Counted from the first letter of the stretch, positions 29,006 to 44,546 are shown. The stretch: DNA of 64,000 bases from the human T2T-CHM13v2.0 reference genome, Homo sapiens (GCF_009914755.1 NC_060936.1), one strand, 5' to 3'. Made by a program: numbers and translations. The notes: generated from the letters alone by a model not told the origin.

Positions 29006-29586
29006 TTATGATGATGATGAATCAATGGAAAAGTAGGGGAATTGTAAAATTAGCATCTTTATTTGAAGGGGAAATTCTATATGGTTTTATGAGATATTAG
29101 TTCTAAAAAAATTTAGCTCATTTTTCTTTAAACCAACTAAAAATAAGCCCTCCCCCCTTCCCCACCACCACCTGTGTTTTCTCCACTTAATCCTTTGGGG
29201 GAGTATCAAGTTGTGTGTACATATATTTTTTTCCCCAGATTTTACTTTCCTGGGTTTTAGAGAAAGGACTAAAAGAATGATGTACAAATATATAAATATA
29301 TTTTTCCCAGTACATGTTACTGGGTAATGATAAATATTTTCCATTAAAATAAATCACTGGATTTTTCCATGTCTTTTAAGAATTACTGGAAACTGATGAT
29401 AATTCAAATAATACACTAATGATATTAGGTAGGGAGTATCTAAGCTACTAATGTGCAACTTAAGAGAAATATGGGTAGAAAATAAGTGAAATACCCTACC
29501 CTCTACTGTGAAAAATTTAGCAAAGTTATTTTTTGAGAAATTTAAGGAAAAACCATCTACCACAAATTAGCACTAGAAACACTTAC

Positions 29587-29712
29587 CAAAGAGAAGGTCT
29601 GTGTGTTATAGACAGTAAGGAAATTCCAGCCCCTTTTGCAGCCTGAAATATCTTTCCTTCGACATCAATGCTGACAGCACTGGTACATTCATCCAGCAAG
29701 GCATATTTTGGT
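29587..29712 (-). CDS. ABCD2: ABCD2 exon 9 ([42 protein letters not shown]; Walker B and H-loop)
   Basis: 126 nt, AAG| acceptor, |GTAAGT donor, phases match exons 8 and 10. Confidence 0.97.
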
Positions 29713-32023
29713 CTTTTAAAAAGTACACACAAAAATTAATTATTTTGCTATATGAACTATAAGTTTTTCTTTGGACAATATGAGTTGCATTGCTAACAAT
29801 TTTAATGGAGCAAAAAAGACTATGGCATTATTAAAGGCAATAAATGATAAAGCAAAAAAGTAGTTGTCCCCTTCTTTGGACTATAATATCACATTTTTAA
29901 TACATTTAAATAGATTTTCTGACGCTTTCTAATAATACAATAAGCTTTATTGTCTTGTAGATGAATGAATCATAAATATGGGACATAGGAAAGATGAGGC
30001 AGGTCACTGAGTACATTTTCCTGCAGAAAGCAGGTTCATTGTTGGTGAGAAGGGTCTGACTAACTACATGAAAAATACATTGCAGTAGCTAATTATCAAA
30101 CAGGCCACAGCCCTGTTAGCAAAGATTTAATGAGAAGATTATTTTATCAGCAATATGAATACCTAAGCATTACTAATGGAATTTCATCACTATAAGACTG
30201 CGAGAGTGAATGTGGCTCATCTTACAAATTTATAACACACATTTAACCTCATAATATTGGAACCATACTCCAGAATCAAATTCTTAGGAGGAAAAGTAAA
30301 TATTTTTCTAAGTATATTGGACAATTTTTTAAGCTTATTTTTTACTTTGATAATGCCTGTCTGTTATCAGAGGCATCTTATCACTTGCCATTGTTTCCCT
30401 CTGCTTATCCTTTCTCCCTCTCATCTCACCCCCTGCTCTTACTTTTCTTTGTCCTTTCCCTTTCTTCTTTCAAGTCCCTCTGGACTGTTGGTACTTAGCA
30501 TGACTTAGCTTAGTTAATGGGAACAAAGTCAACTCTTACACTGTCATTTACTATTCAATTTGGAGTTGAAAATCAGTATCAGGTATTTGCCGGGACAATT
30601 TTCTTTACAAAAAAATTCTGATTTTTAAAAATAAAATGACAAAAAAGTTAAAAAAATGAAAATCAGTAATTTCTTATCAGAATAAATCATTATTTGCCTT
30701 GTAAGTTACTGTCCTAAAATCGATTTGCTTATTAATAGAATCCAGTTACCTACCACAGGTCAGGTAGTCAGGGCTAATAGATACAGGAGTCAAAGACTCT
30801 AAAACTGCTCCCTATGCAAAGAATAAAAGATCAGTGCATGTTCTCCATGACAACATCAACAGAAGTAGTGTCACTGCTTGACCTTTGGTTACTGTTCTGG
30901 TTTAAGTATTAAGCATTACTTCTTTGTCTCAGAGTTATTTTCTGTTTTGTGGATGAATGATATTTTTAAGTGAACAAGAGGAAGAAGTAAAGGAAGTATA
31001 AAAGTGAAAGGTTGAGTAAAATTTTCCTTTTGTGTAAACCTCTTTCCAGTGATTAACATGTTTATTGCATTTTGGCTTATTTTTCAGAGTGCCTTGATCG
31101 AAACAGAGAAAATATACCATTTTAGAATTAGAAAAATGTATGCATCTTACACTCCGTTGTCATAGCAACCTCTACTCTAGCAGATGTAAGATCACATGTT
31201 TTAGTTTCCTTGGCAGGGCTGGTGTGTGTCTGTGTGTGTTTGTGTGTGTACTTGAATATATCAAGCAATAGCTAGAATTCGATACTGATATAAGAAAAAA
31301 AGCATTAGGTAATATTGTTTCTCAGATTTGCTTTCCTTTTTGCTTTGTGTATCATCAGTAGAATGGGCTTCGTGAAGGATTTAATCTATCCCCTTAAGAC
31401 AGGAGTTTTTCAATCATTCTTGAGCTATTAAAACATTTAAAATCCTCTCAAAAAGAGAATACTATTGTGATGCTTAGTACTTCCTGCTAAAGTTCTTGAT
31501 TTTTGCCAGCTCAAGTCTTTCACATCACAATTCAAACTTTAAATCATTTGAGAATGAGGGAAGGCAGTTTCCTATTGTTAAACTTTCTCTTCACTAGATT
31601 GAATACCTAAAATTCCTTTTATCTTTTGTCAAAAGATTGTGCTTTTCAACTACTTGCTCTTCTTCATTGATCTTTATGTGGCTCACTAAATTTTCTTTCC
31701 ACTGATATACTTGTGACTTATCTTCACTCATTATCACATTATATCCAAAATATTTTAGTTACACAAACACCAAGTATTTATTTCAGGTTACAGATATGTG
31801 AAATCTCTTTGGGTTAACATTTATTAATGCCACTTGCTATTTATTACAAGGTTTATTTTATTAACACACTGATACAGTGACAAATTTATGGCTAAATTTT
31901 ACATTCCACCATATTACATTTCTATGCTGGTGATCATATTACTGGGTACTTATGGCCTAGACCCAAACAGATTCAGGGTGATAGTGGGTAACAGCTGGTC
32001 ATAAATGCCAAGCTGTAAAGTTT

Positions 32024-32330
32024 TTGTTGTTGTTGTTGTTGTTGTTTTTGAGACGGAGTCTCATACTATTGCCAGGTTGGAGTGCAGTGGCACCATCTCG
32101 GCTCACTGCAATCTCCGCCTCCTGGGTTCAAGTGATTCCGCTGCCTCAGCCTCCCGAGTAGCTGGGACTATAGGCGCCCGCCACCATGCCTGGCTAATTT
32201 TTTTTAATTTTTGTAGAGACGGGGTTTCACTATGTTGGCCAGGATGGTCTGGATCTCCTGTCCTCATGATCCACCCGCCTCGCCCTCCCGAAGTGCTGGG
32301 ATTATAGGCGTGATCCACCGCGCCCGGGAT
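32024..32330 (-). mobile_element. AluS (AluSc-like) with (GTT)n tail
   Basis: 15-bp TSD CAAGCTGTAAAGTTT at 32009-32023 and 32331-32345. Confidence 0.92.
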
Positions 32331-32539
32331 CAAGCTGTAAAGTTTACTCTTGAATTTCACTACATCTTCTGAGAAAGGGGTATCCCAAAATACACATCAC
32401 TAAAAATCCCAAATTAGCAAAATTTAGTTTATATTTTTAGCTAGCCATATTCTTAAATGTACATTATTATAAATAACATGTTATGAACACAACTAATAAT
32501 TTTTCTCACTAAAAATCCCAGCTAAACACAAAAATAATA

Positions 32540-33820
32540 TTTAGTGTGTGATTTAATTTACCTGAAGTTATACAACAAGCAAAACCAATTTATGGTGACA
32601 GAAATCAGGACAGAAATGTCTAGAGGGGACTGGATTGGAAGGGAGGATGAGTAAACTTCCCAGGGTAACAGAAATGTTTTTTTATCTTGATTGGGGTATT
32701 GGTTACATAATGTAGAAACATTTATAAAAGTCATCCAATTGTATACCTAAAATATGTGTATTTAGTATATAAACTTTAGTACAATAACAATAAGCCCTGG
32801 TTAACTATTATATAGTAATACAGAAAAGCACATAATTACATATGAAATAAAAAGGATATAAATTATAATATGCTTTATGAAAATAGCTACATCAAAATAA
32901 TAAAAATAACAACGAATTTTTGCATATTACCAAGACTGGGAAAAAAAAATCCCAAAATTTTAACAGTGTTTAAATGTTACAGTAATTTAAAATTTGAATA
33001 ATTTAAAATGTCCAAAATTTTAACAGTGTTAATAAGATAACAGCTAATGAGATAATCGCTAATGAGATAACAGATTTTTTCTTCTTTTTACTTATATACA
33101 TTTTCTACTTTTATAAAATGAACATATTATATTTTAATAAAATTCTTTAAATCATTTTTTATGCTATGTTCTTATTCAAAAGGCTGAACCTAAATCTCAT
33201 CAAGCTCTTTGCTCTAATTTCCAGTTTACAGAAAAAAATGGGAGATTGGGGAACAAGATAAAGGACCCCTACCTAGATTTACCTGATAAGGTAGCAATGA
33301 GGTAAATCTAGAATAGGCAACATTCTACGGGACAATTAACCCAATTCCTTCAGCAAGTCAAAGGTATAAAAGGTAGGTGGGGCCTGGGAGGAGGAGAGAC
33401 TCTTTAGATTAAAAAGGAATTAAGAGATGTAACAATAAAATGCAATGTGTGAAACTTGTTTAGATCCAGGTTTGAACAAATCAGTGTAAAAAGATATTTT
33501 TGAGACAATTAGGGAAACTTTGAATATGAACCATATATTAAATAACTTTAAATAATTATTACTAATTTAATTATTATTGTGACAAGTTATTATGTAAGAA
33601 TATATCCTAATATTTCAGAGACTGTTCTCAAAGTATTTAGGGAAAAATATCATAATACCTGTGATTTGCTTTAAAATACTTTAGAAATTTTAAAAAATGA
33701 GTAGATAAATCAAGTGTAACGAAACATTAGACTTGTTAAATCAGTGTAATGAGAATATGGGGTTCTTACAATTTCTCTTTTTTGATGAAGTTTGACTTTT
33801 TTTCCGTAATTAAAGGCTTT
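32540..33820 (+). mobile_element. Degraded old L1 3'UTR fragments (L1ME/L1MC-like)
   Basis: GCAAAACCAATTTATGGTGACAGAAATCAG; AAATGCAATGTGTGAAACTTG...TTTTTGAGACAATT motifs. Confidence 0.5.
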
Positions 33821-33834
33821 TAAAAAAATGAATA

Positions 33835-33885
33835 GCCAACTGAGTGCTTAGTGTGAGCCAACTGAGTGCTTAGTGTGGGCCAACT
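33835..33885. repeat. 22-bp tandem repeat GCCAACTGAGTGCTTAGTGTGR x2.3
   Basis: Read directly from sequence. Confidence 0.9.
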
Positions 33886-34063
33886 AATTCCTAGGTGTTC
33901 GATAATACATACTTGACATAATTTTTAAAGTTCTCTATAAAATGTTACTACTTTCACAACAACTCACACAAGAGTGCTGCATCTGCCATTTATGGCCCAT
34001 TCATGAATTCATGTACATAACTATTTGGTCCTTTTTGCCCAAGACTTAATTATTAAAAGTGAG

Positions 34064-34412
<349 letters not shown>

Positions 34413-34933
34413 TTATTGCCAGAGATCCAAGGGAGTTGGGAGGGGGAATGGAATGAATCAGGAGAATCAGAAGGGCTTTAATATTTCCTTCCCATGTCTT
34501 CTGCTTGATATCCTTAAACTCAAAAGGCTATGAAGCTGGTTACAATTAAAAATGTTTTATCAGAAGCAATTATTTCCTGCCTCTTAATTTTTCTCAATCC
34601 ATTGAAACCTACGCAGAATGGTCCCTTTTTCCATTGGCTATGGCTTTGAATTTCAAGGGGGAGAGCATTACTGGTTTAATAGGCTGCTGAATGGTTAAAA
34701 AGTTGACTTACCTTGAATTTAATAATTTAATTCAGAAAGTTTTACTGAATGTCTACCTATTGGATTTACACAAGTATCATAGTGATTGTATAGTCTTCAT
34801 ATTTTAAAATTAATAATCATTATTTCAAACTTAGGATACATAAAAATTTAATTTAGTCCTTTGTACACATTATTTCATCTAACATTACTCAACATGAAAG
34901 AAATAGAAAAACAAATACTTGGAGATTCTACTA

Positions 34934-35294
<361 letters not shown>

Positions 35295-35404
35295 TTAAGC
35301 TACAGATGAAGACGATAAATCCTGTCCAAACTTTTGTTGTTCCTATTGTTGCTTGGTTTGGTTACAACAATGGCCTAGTAGTTACCTGAATTTAGTATAC
35401 TTAC

Positions 35405-35489
35405 TTATGATAAAACATACGAGCCATGCCCATTCTTTGCTTTTCCCCTCCTGACAGGACATCTTTCCAGTCCATAACAGCATCCCATC
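35405..35489 (-). CDS. ABCD2: ABCD2 exon 8 (GWDAVMDWKDVLSGGEKQRMGMARMFYHK; ABC signature)
   Basis: 85 nt, AAG| acceptor, |GTAAGT donor, LSGGE motif. Confidence 0.97.
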
Positions 35490-36022
35490 CTTAAGAAAAT
35501 AAAAAAATATACATTTTTATAAATCATTTGTTTAATTGTTACTATTTCTACCCTAGACAAGTGATTCCTGACAAATTCAAATTGTCAACATGAAGAACTT
35601 GGTATTTTATAGGATATATGCTTGGATAAACTACAGAGCCTCATGTATAAGCATTTTGTTTTAGATTTGATATTCTTCTGATGGTAATAACTTCTTATAC
35701 TGACAAATGATCTTACAAGAATTCTAAACCCTGACACTTTAAAAACTGTGTTTGTTTCTCAGTGTCTCCGGTGGGTTGATAGGCTTATACTTATCTTGGA
35801 GGGAGATGGGAGAAAAGACCCAACAAATTTTCATATGTCAATTACAAAGTCTACAAAGGGTAAGAAAGGAACTAATTTAGGTGGCTCTCCTGTGCCTAGC
35901 ACTTTATGTGAGTTCTCTTATCATATATTTCACAGTTTTGTAAGACAGATTTTATTTCTTGCATTTTATAAGTGAGCAACTGTAGTTCATGGAGTAATCG
36001 ACATGTCTAGGTTTACACATGT

Positions 36023-36127
36023 CTGGTTTCAACCTCCTAGGTTCGAGCTATTTACCCTCCTCAGCCTTCCAAAGTGCTGGGACTACAGGTGTGAGCTGCC
36101 GGATGGGGCCAGCTACTAATTCTTGTG
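36023..36127 (-). repeat. 105-bp local copy of 38942-39046 (Alu 5' end plus its flank) inserted in a MIR
   Basis: 99/105 identical by manual alignment. Confidence 0.9.
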
Positions 36128-38730
36128 ACATCTTGAGATGTCAGAACTGGGATTTATATTCAGGTCTATCTGATGCTTTTATAGTTTTTCCATGCATGCT
36201 ATCTCTTAAAACATCTTAACTGTTGACTTTCTGTTTGATATTTATTCAAAAAACAAGCATTCTATTTTTCTTACAAATAGAGTAGGTCTTGTATATTAAT
36301 ATGAAAATGTGCCCAGAATATCTGTACATTAAAAATCAAGTTTCAGAATTGTATATATCATCATTGTCTTTCTGTAAATAAACACTACACATATACTTCC
36401 AAGAACAGAATTAGATTCATTTCCTAAGTTATTCATTTTTATAAAATTCTAAAATTTTATAATAAGCCTACCTTAATTTTTTAATTAGATTTTTTAAAGA
36501 TTACTTAAAAATAAAACCATAGTTCCACTGCTGGAGAGTCTGATTTTCAAACAAGAAAATGATGCCAAAACCTAACAGATACTTACAGCAAAATTTCTAA
36601 ATCCTAAGTGTTCAGGGATTAACTCTCATCTTTGGAAAAAATCCATGTTCTCTGTCATCTTTTTACTTGCTCAGCTGAATTTTTACCATTAAAATTTTGA
36701 AATTTTTACCACTAAATTTTGAAATAATCTTGGTCAACAGGAAAGAAAATAGCCCTCATTGCTTTATGTGTACTGTGTATCTGAAAAGTCAAATTATCAA
36801 AAATGATTATTTGATTCTTTTGCTGGTGAGAAGAAAAATTTGGACTTGTTTTTGAAATCCAAAAGTTTAGAGGCTTTGATGAAATAACATATATTAACTG
36901 TTAAACATAAAATGCATCTTTATGTTTCTTACCATCTTCTTCCTTTAAAATTACCACTACAAAGTACATTGCATTAAAAAATGTATAAAAGCATAAAAAA
37001 GAAACAAAACAATGGTTGCCTGATGGGGATAGGTGCAACTGGATGGAAGGCAACAGGAATTGGAAGAATTTTTTAGAGCACATTTAAAAATGCCCTTTCA
37101 TTTATGAATTATGTGAAAGTGTTACTCCAAAAATTAAATAAGCAAAGACATACAATAAAGGTAATACAATATATGAAAAATTATCAATAAAAAATATCTG
37201 GAGTGAAAAGGAGACTTTCCCGATTTCCCAGTGACACCTGAAATCTCACTCTCCAGAGGAAATCACTGTTCATTTTCTTGGGTAAACTTCCAGAAATTGT
37301 CATTTTTTAAGTAAGAAAATACACATAGGAAATAGACAAATCCTTAAAATTTTATGTTAGGAAAAATAATCTTAAAATACCATCTGATTTAGAGTTCTTG
37401 CTTCTAGGGAAAACTGTTGAAATAAAACTTTCCCTGTGATTGAATTTCATAGTATTTATGAAATGTAAGTGATGATTTGAGAAATAGACTTGGATTACTA
37501 TGCAGTGGAGAAATATTCTGGGCTTAACTTTTTTTTCCCCTGCCCCCTGAAAACATGGCACAAGAGAAAAGTATTTGGGTCAAAGGACACTTTAACTTTT
37601 ACATATTTTAATAAATCACGTTCTTTGTTCTACTAAACCCAAAGGTTTTTGTAGGCAGGCAATATTGCATGATCACGGAACACATAAATCAAAACTCTGA
37701 GTCATAATGTTGCCTCTGACCCTGATTTAGTGAGACAAAGTCAGCAAAGAAGAGAATGATTTTCCTGCTTCCTAGAGATGTATACTCTTCTTTAGTTCGT
37801 GTCCATTTGTTAACCCTTTTATGCTTTCCTGTTTTGTAACCTAGTTGATGGAATGGAATGTAGTTTTTAATTCCATTTTTATTATACCAACCAAAGGATT
37901 AGCTAGTCTAAACAGAACTTCAGTAGGCTTCTTTCAAATTAAATAATGCACTTGCAAATTTAAGTGTTTTCCTGCCTTGCTTAAATATTTCAGGTTTAAG
38001 AATTAAGCAAGTAAAACAGGTTTCCCTGAAGTTTTTTTTTATGTGCAAGGATATAATAGTTTTTATTATTGTTTAAAAAGCCAGGAGTTACCATAGTATA
38101 GTGGCATACCCTCGCATAGAACACTGACTTTCAAGTCAGAACTGTGCTTGAATCCCTGTCCCACAACTTGCCATGGGACTCTGAGTAAGTTACTAAATTT
38201 CTGAAATTAATCTTTAAGATGAAGATAGTAAAACCTACATCATTGGACTATTATGGATATTAAATAATGATATATGTAAATTCCACATAGTAAGCACTCA
38301 ATAGCCCATAACAATTACGATTACATTTTTAAGTTTGGAAAATTCTTGGAAAGAGTTCTAGACCTTCCTGATGACTTCCAAAAGAATAGAATATTTCATG
38401 TTTATTCTAAATTTCTATTTGGATCATTAGATTTCAAACGTCCTCAAAATAACTTGCCCAAGATAAACATGTAGCATTTATTCTACCACAGCCTTCTGAA
38501 ACTCCAAGGAGTTGACCACATGAAACAAAAAATCAATCTGCTTTCCATATATAGTAGGAATTACAAATACCAAAAAATAAAAGTATTTTTCTTGCCTGCC
38601 TTATTTGTTTATTGTAAGGATCAAATGAAATAATGTATGTGATATTGTTATATAAAACTTCAAGCATTATCACACAAAGACAAAGTACAGTATCAATATT
38701 ACAACTACTAATATTACCATTAGCTACTAA

Positions 38731-39114
<384 letters not shown>

Positions 39115-39369
39115 TAGATATTTATCCTCATTTTACAGTTGAAGATACAGAGAACAGGGCTAATCAAGATTTAATTCCAGAACTCTGAGTTAAAAGTCCA
39201 TATTCTCAATCACTGTACTACTTACTCTACTTCTAATAATGTAAGTGGGCTGTAAAATAGAACATAAAATACATTTAAAATTAAACTTGGTGTCTCATTT
39301 GTTATTTCAGTCATTTTTCTAAACTATCAAATTATATGAATTATTGAATTATTTGAAAGTGTGAATATA

Positions 39370-41391
39370 ATTTTTTGTTTTATTTTATTTTATTTTTTAA
39401 CTTTCAGGCTTGGGGGCACATGTGAAGTTTTCTTACATAGGTAAACACGTTTCATGGGGATTTGTTGTACATATTATTTCATCATCCAGGTATTAAGCCC
39501 AGTACCCAATAATTTTCTTTTCTGCTCCTCTCCCTCCTCCTACCCTCCAATCCTCAAGTAGACCTGAGTCTCTGTTGTTTTCTTCTTTGTGCTTGTAAGT
39601 TCTTATCATTTAGCCCTATTTAAAAGTGAGAACATACAGTAAGTATATGGTTTTCTGTTCCTGCATTAGTTTGCTAAGGATGATTGCCTCCAGCTCCATT
39701 CATGTTCCCACAAAATATATGATCTCATTCTTTTTTTCTAGCTGCATAATATTCCATGGTGGACCTCTACCACACTTTCTTTATCTAATCTGTCATTGAT
39801 GGGCATTTACATTGATTCCATGTTTTTGCTATTGTGTATAGTGCTGTGATGAACATTTGTGTGCATATGTCTTTGTGGTAGATGATTTTATATTCCTCTG
39901 AGTATAAACCCAGTAATGAGATTGTTGGGTGAAATGGTAGTTCTGTTTTTAGCTCTTTGAGGAATTGTCACACTGTGGTTGAACTGATTTACACTCCCAC
40001 CAACAGTGTATAAGTGTTCTCTTTTTCCCACAACCTTCTCAACATCTTGTTATTTTTTGACTTTTTATTAATAGTCATTTTGACTGGTGTGAGATGGTAC
40101 CTCATTGTGGTTTTGATGTGCATTTCTCTAGTGATCAGTGATATTGAGCTTTTTTCATATGCTTGTTGGCTGCATGTATGTCTTCTTTTGAGAAGTGTCT
40201 GTTCATGTCCTTTTCCCACTTTGTAATGGTGTTGTTTGTTTTTCCCTTGTAAATTTGTTTAAGTACCTTATAGATGCTAGATATTAGACTTTTGTCAGAT
40301 GCATAATTTGCAAATACTTTCTCCCATTGTGTAGGTTGTCTGTTTACTCTGTTGATAGTTTCTTTTGCTGTGCAGAAGCTCTTAAATTTAATTAGATCTC
40401 ACTTGTCAATTTTTGCTTTCATTGTGATTGCTTTTGGTATCTTTGTCATGAAGTCTTTGTCTGTTTCCATGTCCAGGATAGTTTTGCCTAGGTTGTCTTC
40501 CAGGGTTTTTATAGTTTGGGGTTTTACATTTAAGTCTCTAATCCATCTTGTGTTGATTTTTGTATATGGTATAAAGAAGGGGTCCAGCTTCAGTCTTCTG
40601 CATATGGCCAGCCAGTTATCACAGCACCATTTATTGAATAGGGAGTCTTTTCCCCATTGCTTGTTTTTGTCAGCTTTGTTGAAGATTAGATGGTTGTAGA
40701 TGTGCGGCCTTATTTCTGTGCTCTCCATTCTGTTTCATTGGTCTCTGTGCCTGTTTTTGTAACAGCACTATGCTGTTTTGGTTACTGTAGACTTGTAGTA
40801 TAGTTTGAAGTGGGGCAGCATGATGCCTCCAGCTTTGTTCCTTTTGCTTAGGATTACCTTGGCTATTCAGGCTCTTTCTTGGTTCCAAACAAATTTTAAA
40901 ATAGTTTTTTTCCTAGTTCTGTGAAGAATGTCATTGGTAGTTTGATAGGAATAGCATTGAATATGTAAATTGCTTTGGGCAACATAGCCATTTTAATGAT
41001 ATTGATTCTTCCTATCCATGAACATGGGATGGTTTTCCATTTGTGTCTTCTCTGATTTCTTTGAGCAGTGTTTTGTAATTCCCATTGTAGAGATCTTTCA
41101 CCTTCCTGGTTAGCTGTATTCCTAGGTATTTCATTCTTTTTGTGGCAATTGTGAAGGGGATTGCCTTCCTGATTTGGCTGTTCGCTTGGCTGTTGTTGGT
41201 GTATAGCAAAGTTAGTGATTTTTGTATGTTGATTTTGTACACTGCAACTTTGCTGAAGTTGTTTATCAGCTGAAGGAGCTTTGAGCTGAGACTATGGGGT
41301 TTTCTAGATATAGAATCATGTGTCTGCAAGCAGGGATAGTTTGACTTCCTCTCTTCCTATGTGAATGCCCTTTATTTCTTTCTCTTGCCTG
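39370..41391 (-). mobile_element. 5'-truncated older L1PA (roughly L1PA11-15), ~2 kb, sense to ABCD2
   Basis: ORF2 C-terminal fragments (40399..40728, 41012..41329) plus 3'UTR; degenerate TSD AAAGTGTGA. Confidence 0.88.
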
Positions 41392-42021
41392 GCTTATCTA
41401 GTTAAAGTGTGATTATTATTATTAAATTATTTGAAAGTATCACTAAACACAGAAAGAGTATTATTAGACAATAATTCTATTTTAAGCTTATATGTACAAA
41501 TGTTATTTATACTCTTTCAAAAATGTTTTATGCTGAAAAACCACAATACAGAAGTTTCTAACTTTAATTACCTGTGTGCTGCTTGAGAGCAAAAAAAGAT
41601 ACTGGTCAGATTGTGGGTCTGAAAACAAAAAAAGTTCTGTGGTATCTACTTCTCAAATTATTTAATTTAATGTGAGCTGAGAGCTTGTAAGGCAAATATG
41701 TCTGTCATAGACTTTACATACATCTAGACTGACAATGGCCTCAGGGACTTTGTACATTCGAATATAAAAGAAAAAAACTGTTTTTAAATGTTAGCTGCAC
41801 TGACATGGAGACTTAATAAAAACTTAGTGTGTTGCATTAAACACAACACAAGCAGAAAAAGAAATGTAAATAATGGAACAGCAATAAAACTCCATCTTTA
41901 CACTTATGTGCTTATTTCCGATTATAGCATACATTCAAATTAAACCACAGACTAAATATATACCCAAGCTTACTTTTTAAAAGTGAAGTTAAATGCATTA
42001 GAAAAGAATGATAGACTTTAC

Positions 42022-42167
42022 CTCCTTCTCTTTGAACTATGTGATAGAGATGGACATTGTGTAGGATACGTTCCAGATCTTGGTCTGTATAACCTTTATC
42101 ATGCATATCATCCACTGAATCAGGGTAAATGACTTGATCCCGAAGACTTCCAAGAGACATATATGGC
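42022..42167 (-). CDS. ABCD2: ABCD2 exon 7 ([48 protein letters not shown])
   Basis: 146 nt, AAG| acceptor, |GTAAAG donor; overlaps ORF 41912..42160. Confidence 0.97.
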
Positions 42168-42424
42168 CTTTAAAACACCAAGCACACAAGAATCCTAGTG
42201 GAAAGTCATGATAACTTACTCAGTGTGACAACTTGGTAGTCTGAAAACATCAGTGAAGACTTTAAACACTACATTTCCAGGATGATATTTGTTACCTGGC
42301 GATGAGTACTTCTCCCTCAGGCACTGCTAAACAATACCGTTATGTTTACATAAAAACTTACTGACACATGGACACAAGAAAAGCTTCTCCAAGAAATCAT
42401 CTGACATTTTCTTTTTCTAAAAAA

Positions 42425-42566
42425 TTCTATTTTATTTTATATTTTGTAGAGACAGGGTCTTGATATGTTTTCCCAGGCTAGTCTCAAACACCTGCCTCAA
42501 GTGATTCCTCCTAACTTGGCCTCCCAAAGCACTGGGATTACAGTTGTGAGCCATAGAACCCAGCCA
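42425..42566 (-). mobile_element. Alu left monomer (FLAM-like)
   Basis: TTTTGTAGAGACAGGGTCT...GAGCCATAGAACCCAGCC, single arm. Confidence 0.8.
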
Positions 42567-43187
42567 CATTTAACATTTTCAGCAGGGAAATATTGTATAT
42601 ACTTTGTTTCACTGTATTTGATAAAGATTGCTTCTGTAATTCATCTATAATTATTTGGGTGACATATTATACAATTTGGGTTTCGACCCAGCAATGTGAA
42701 CAAACAAAACAAAAAAATTTAATTCATAGTAAGAAAAACACAAATTAAAACTACATTGAGTTTCTTACTAATCAGATTGGCAAAAATTCAACAACTTGGT
42801 AACTCACTCCACTGGCAGGCCTATGGGTAAGGGAATGTTCTCACACTACAGTGAAAATGCAGAATGGTACAACTCTTACAGAGGGGATTTGGCAAACTGA
42901 CAGAGCATTTGTTGCCCTTTGACCTCCTTCTGGGAATTCACTCTGAAAATATACTTCTAAAAATACAAAAAAAGATGCATGAGGTTATTCATTACAGCTT
43001 ATTTGTAATAGCAAAATACTGAAATACAACATAAATACCCATACAAAGAAGACAGACAGAATAAACTATAGTACATCCGCTAAGCAGCTGTAATAAAAGG
43101 ATGAGGAAGACCTCTATAAACTGATATAGAGTGATTTCCATGATATATTGTTAAGTTGAAAAGCAAAATGCAAAAGTAGACTTACAG

Positions 43188-43400
43188 CAGGGTTTCTCAA
43201 CAACGGCACTTTGGCTTATTGAACCAGATAATTCTTTATTGTCGAGGGCTACCCTGTGTACAGTAGGATGTTTAGCATTATGCCTGATGTCTACCCACTA
43301 GATGTCAGCAGCACCCCTTCCTGTAGTGAACAAAAATAATTGTCTCCAGATAATGCCAAATGTCCCTGGGGGACAAAATCTTCCCGGTTGAGAACCACTT
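43188..43400 (+). mobile_element. MER20 (hAT-Charlie MITE)
   Basis: TIRs CAGGGTTTCTCAAC / GTTGAGAACCACT; internal CCACTAGATGTCAG, TGTCTCCAGA, AAATGTCCCTGGGG. Confidence 0.85.
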
Positions 43401-44114
43401 CTATGTAAAAAGAAAGCAAAATGAAATATAGACATACCCATTTATATTTAAAAAAGGAAACACAGGAAGAGTAAACCTGAAACTAGTGAAGTTGGTTAGC
43501 TACAGGAGGTGGGAGGAACAAGGTGGAATGGATAGGCAGGAAAAGGCCTACGTATCCTTTCTATTAATAAAGTTTTTACTTTTGGAATCCCTCAAAGTGT
43601 TACTATTCAACAAATAAATAAAATTAAACCAACAAGAACGAAGGAAGAAACCTTAAAATTGAATACAAATAGAAACAATTTAACTGAACAGTATGTCCAA
43701 AGGATAAAGTAACCACACAGCGAAGGGGATGGAGGTGGGGATGAATTAATCCATGTAATTTTTGAACTTGGCTATATAATTTCAGTCAAAGACAGAAAGA
43801 ATCAGGCGGAAATTTTAAACTTTACTTGCAAGTTTATTTTTGCTAATGATATAGGGGTAGCAATTCTGAAACTATTTTATGTATATTGTAGGATTGGTTA
43901 CGTAAGTAAATGGTTTGGTAATGTTAGGAGCAAGGGTTCTCACTGTGGAAGAAGAAAGATACAAACATGCTGTGTGGGAAGGCAAGAGAAAAACTAATTT
44001 TAATTTGAGTATCAGTATGAATTTATGTTTTTTAATAAAAAAATTTCTAGCCCTATCTACATCTGGAACAGTCTAATATTATCCTTTGAGAAGCACACAG
44101 CATCATTTCAGTAA

Positions 44115-44546
44115 TGCAATAAATTCAATTGTGGACCCAAAAAGATCCATCTTAATCCAGACCCCCCCATATCTGTAAATGAAACCTTATTTAGGAACAG
44201 AGTCTTTGCAGATTTAATTAAGGTTCTTGAGACGAGATCATCCTGGATTAACCAGATGAGTCCTAAATCCAATAAATGCTCTTATCAAATGAGAAGAAAC
44301 ACAGGAAAGAAAAGAAAGCCACGTGAAGAAGGAGACAGAGATGGGAGTTACTGCCGCCACAAACGAAGGAATGCTTGGCACCACCAGAAGCTGGAAAAGA
44401 GGCAGGAAATAATTCTCCCCAAGAGCCTTCAGAGGGCGTGGATTGCCAATACTTTGACTTCGGGTGTTCAGGAATGCGAGAAAATAAATTTCTGTTGTTC
44501 AAACCGCCAAGTGTTTGGTAATTTGTAGCCCTTAGAAACTAATACA
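44115..44546 (+). mobile_element. MLT1-type MaLR solo LTR
   Basis: TG...GTCTTTGCAGAT..AATTAAG...AGAAACTAATACA; 5-bp TSD AGTAA/AGTAG. Confidence 0.8.

Noticed and set aside
33835-33885. Short direct repeat resembling a CRISPR-like array
   Set aside because: No spacers, only 2.3 adjacent copies, eukaryotic context; simple tandem duplication.
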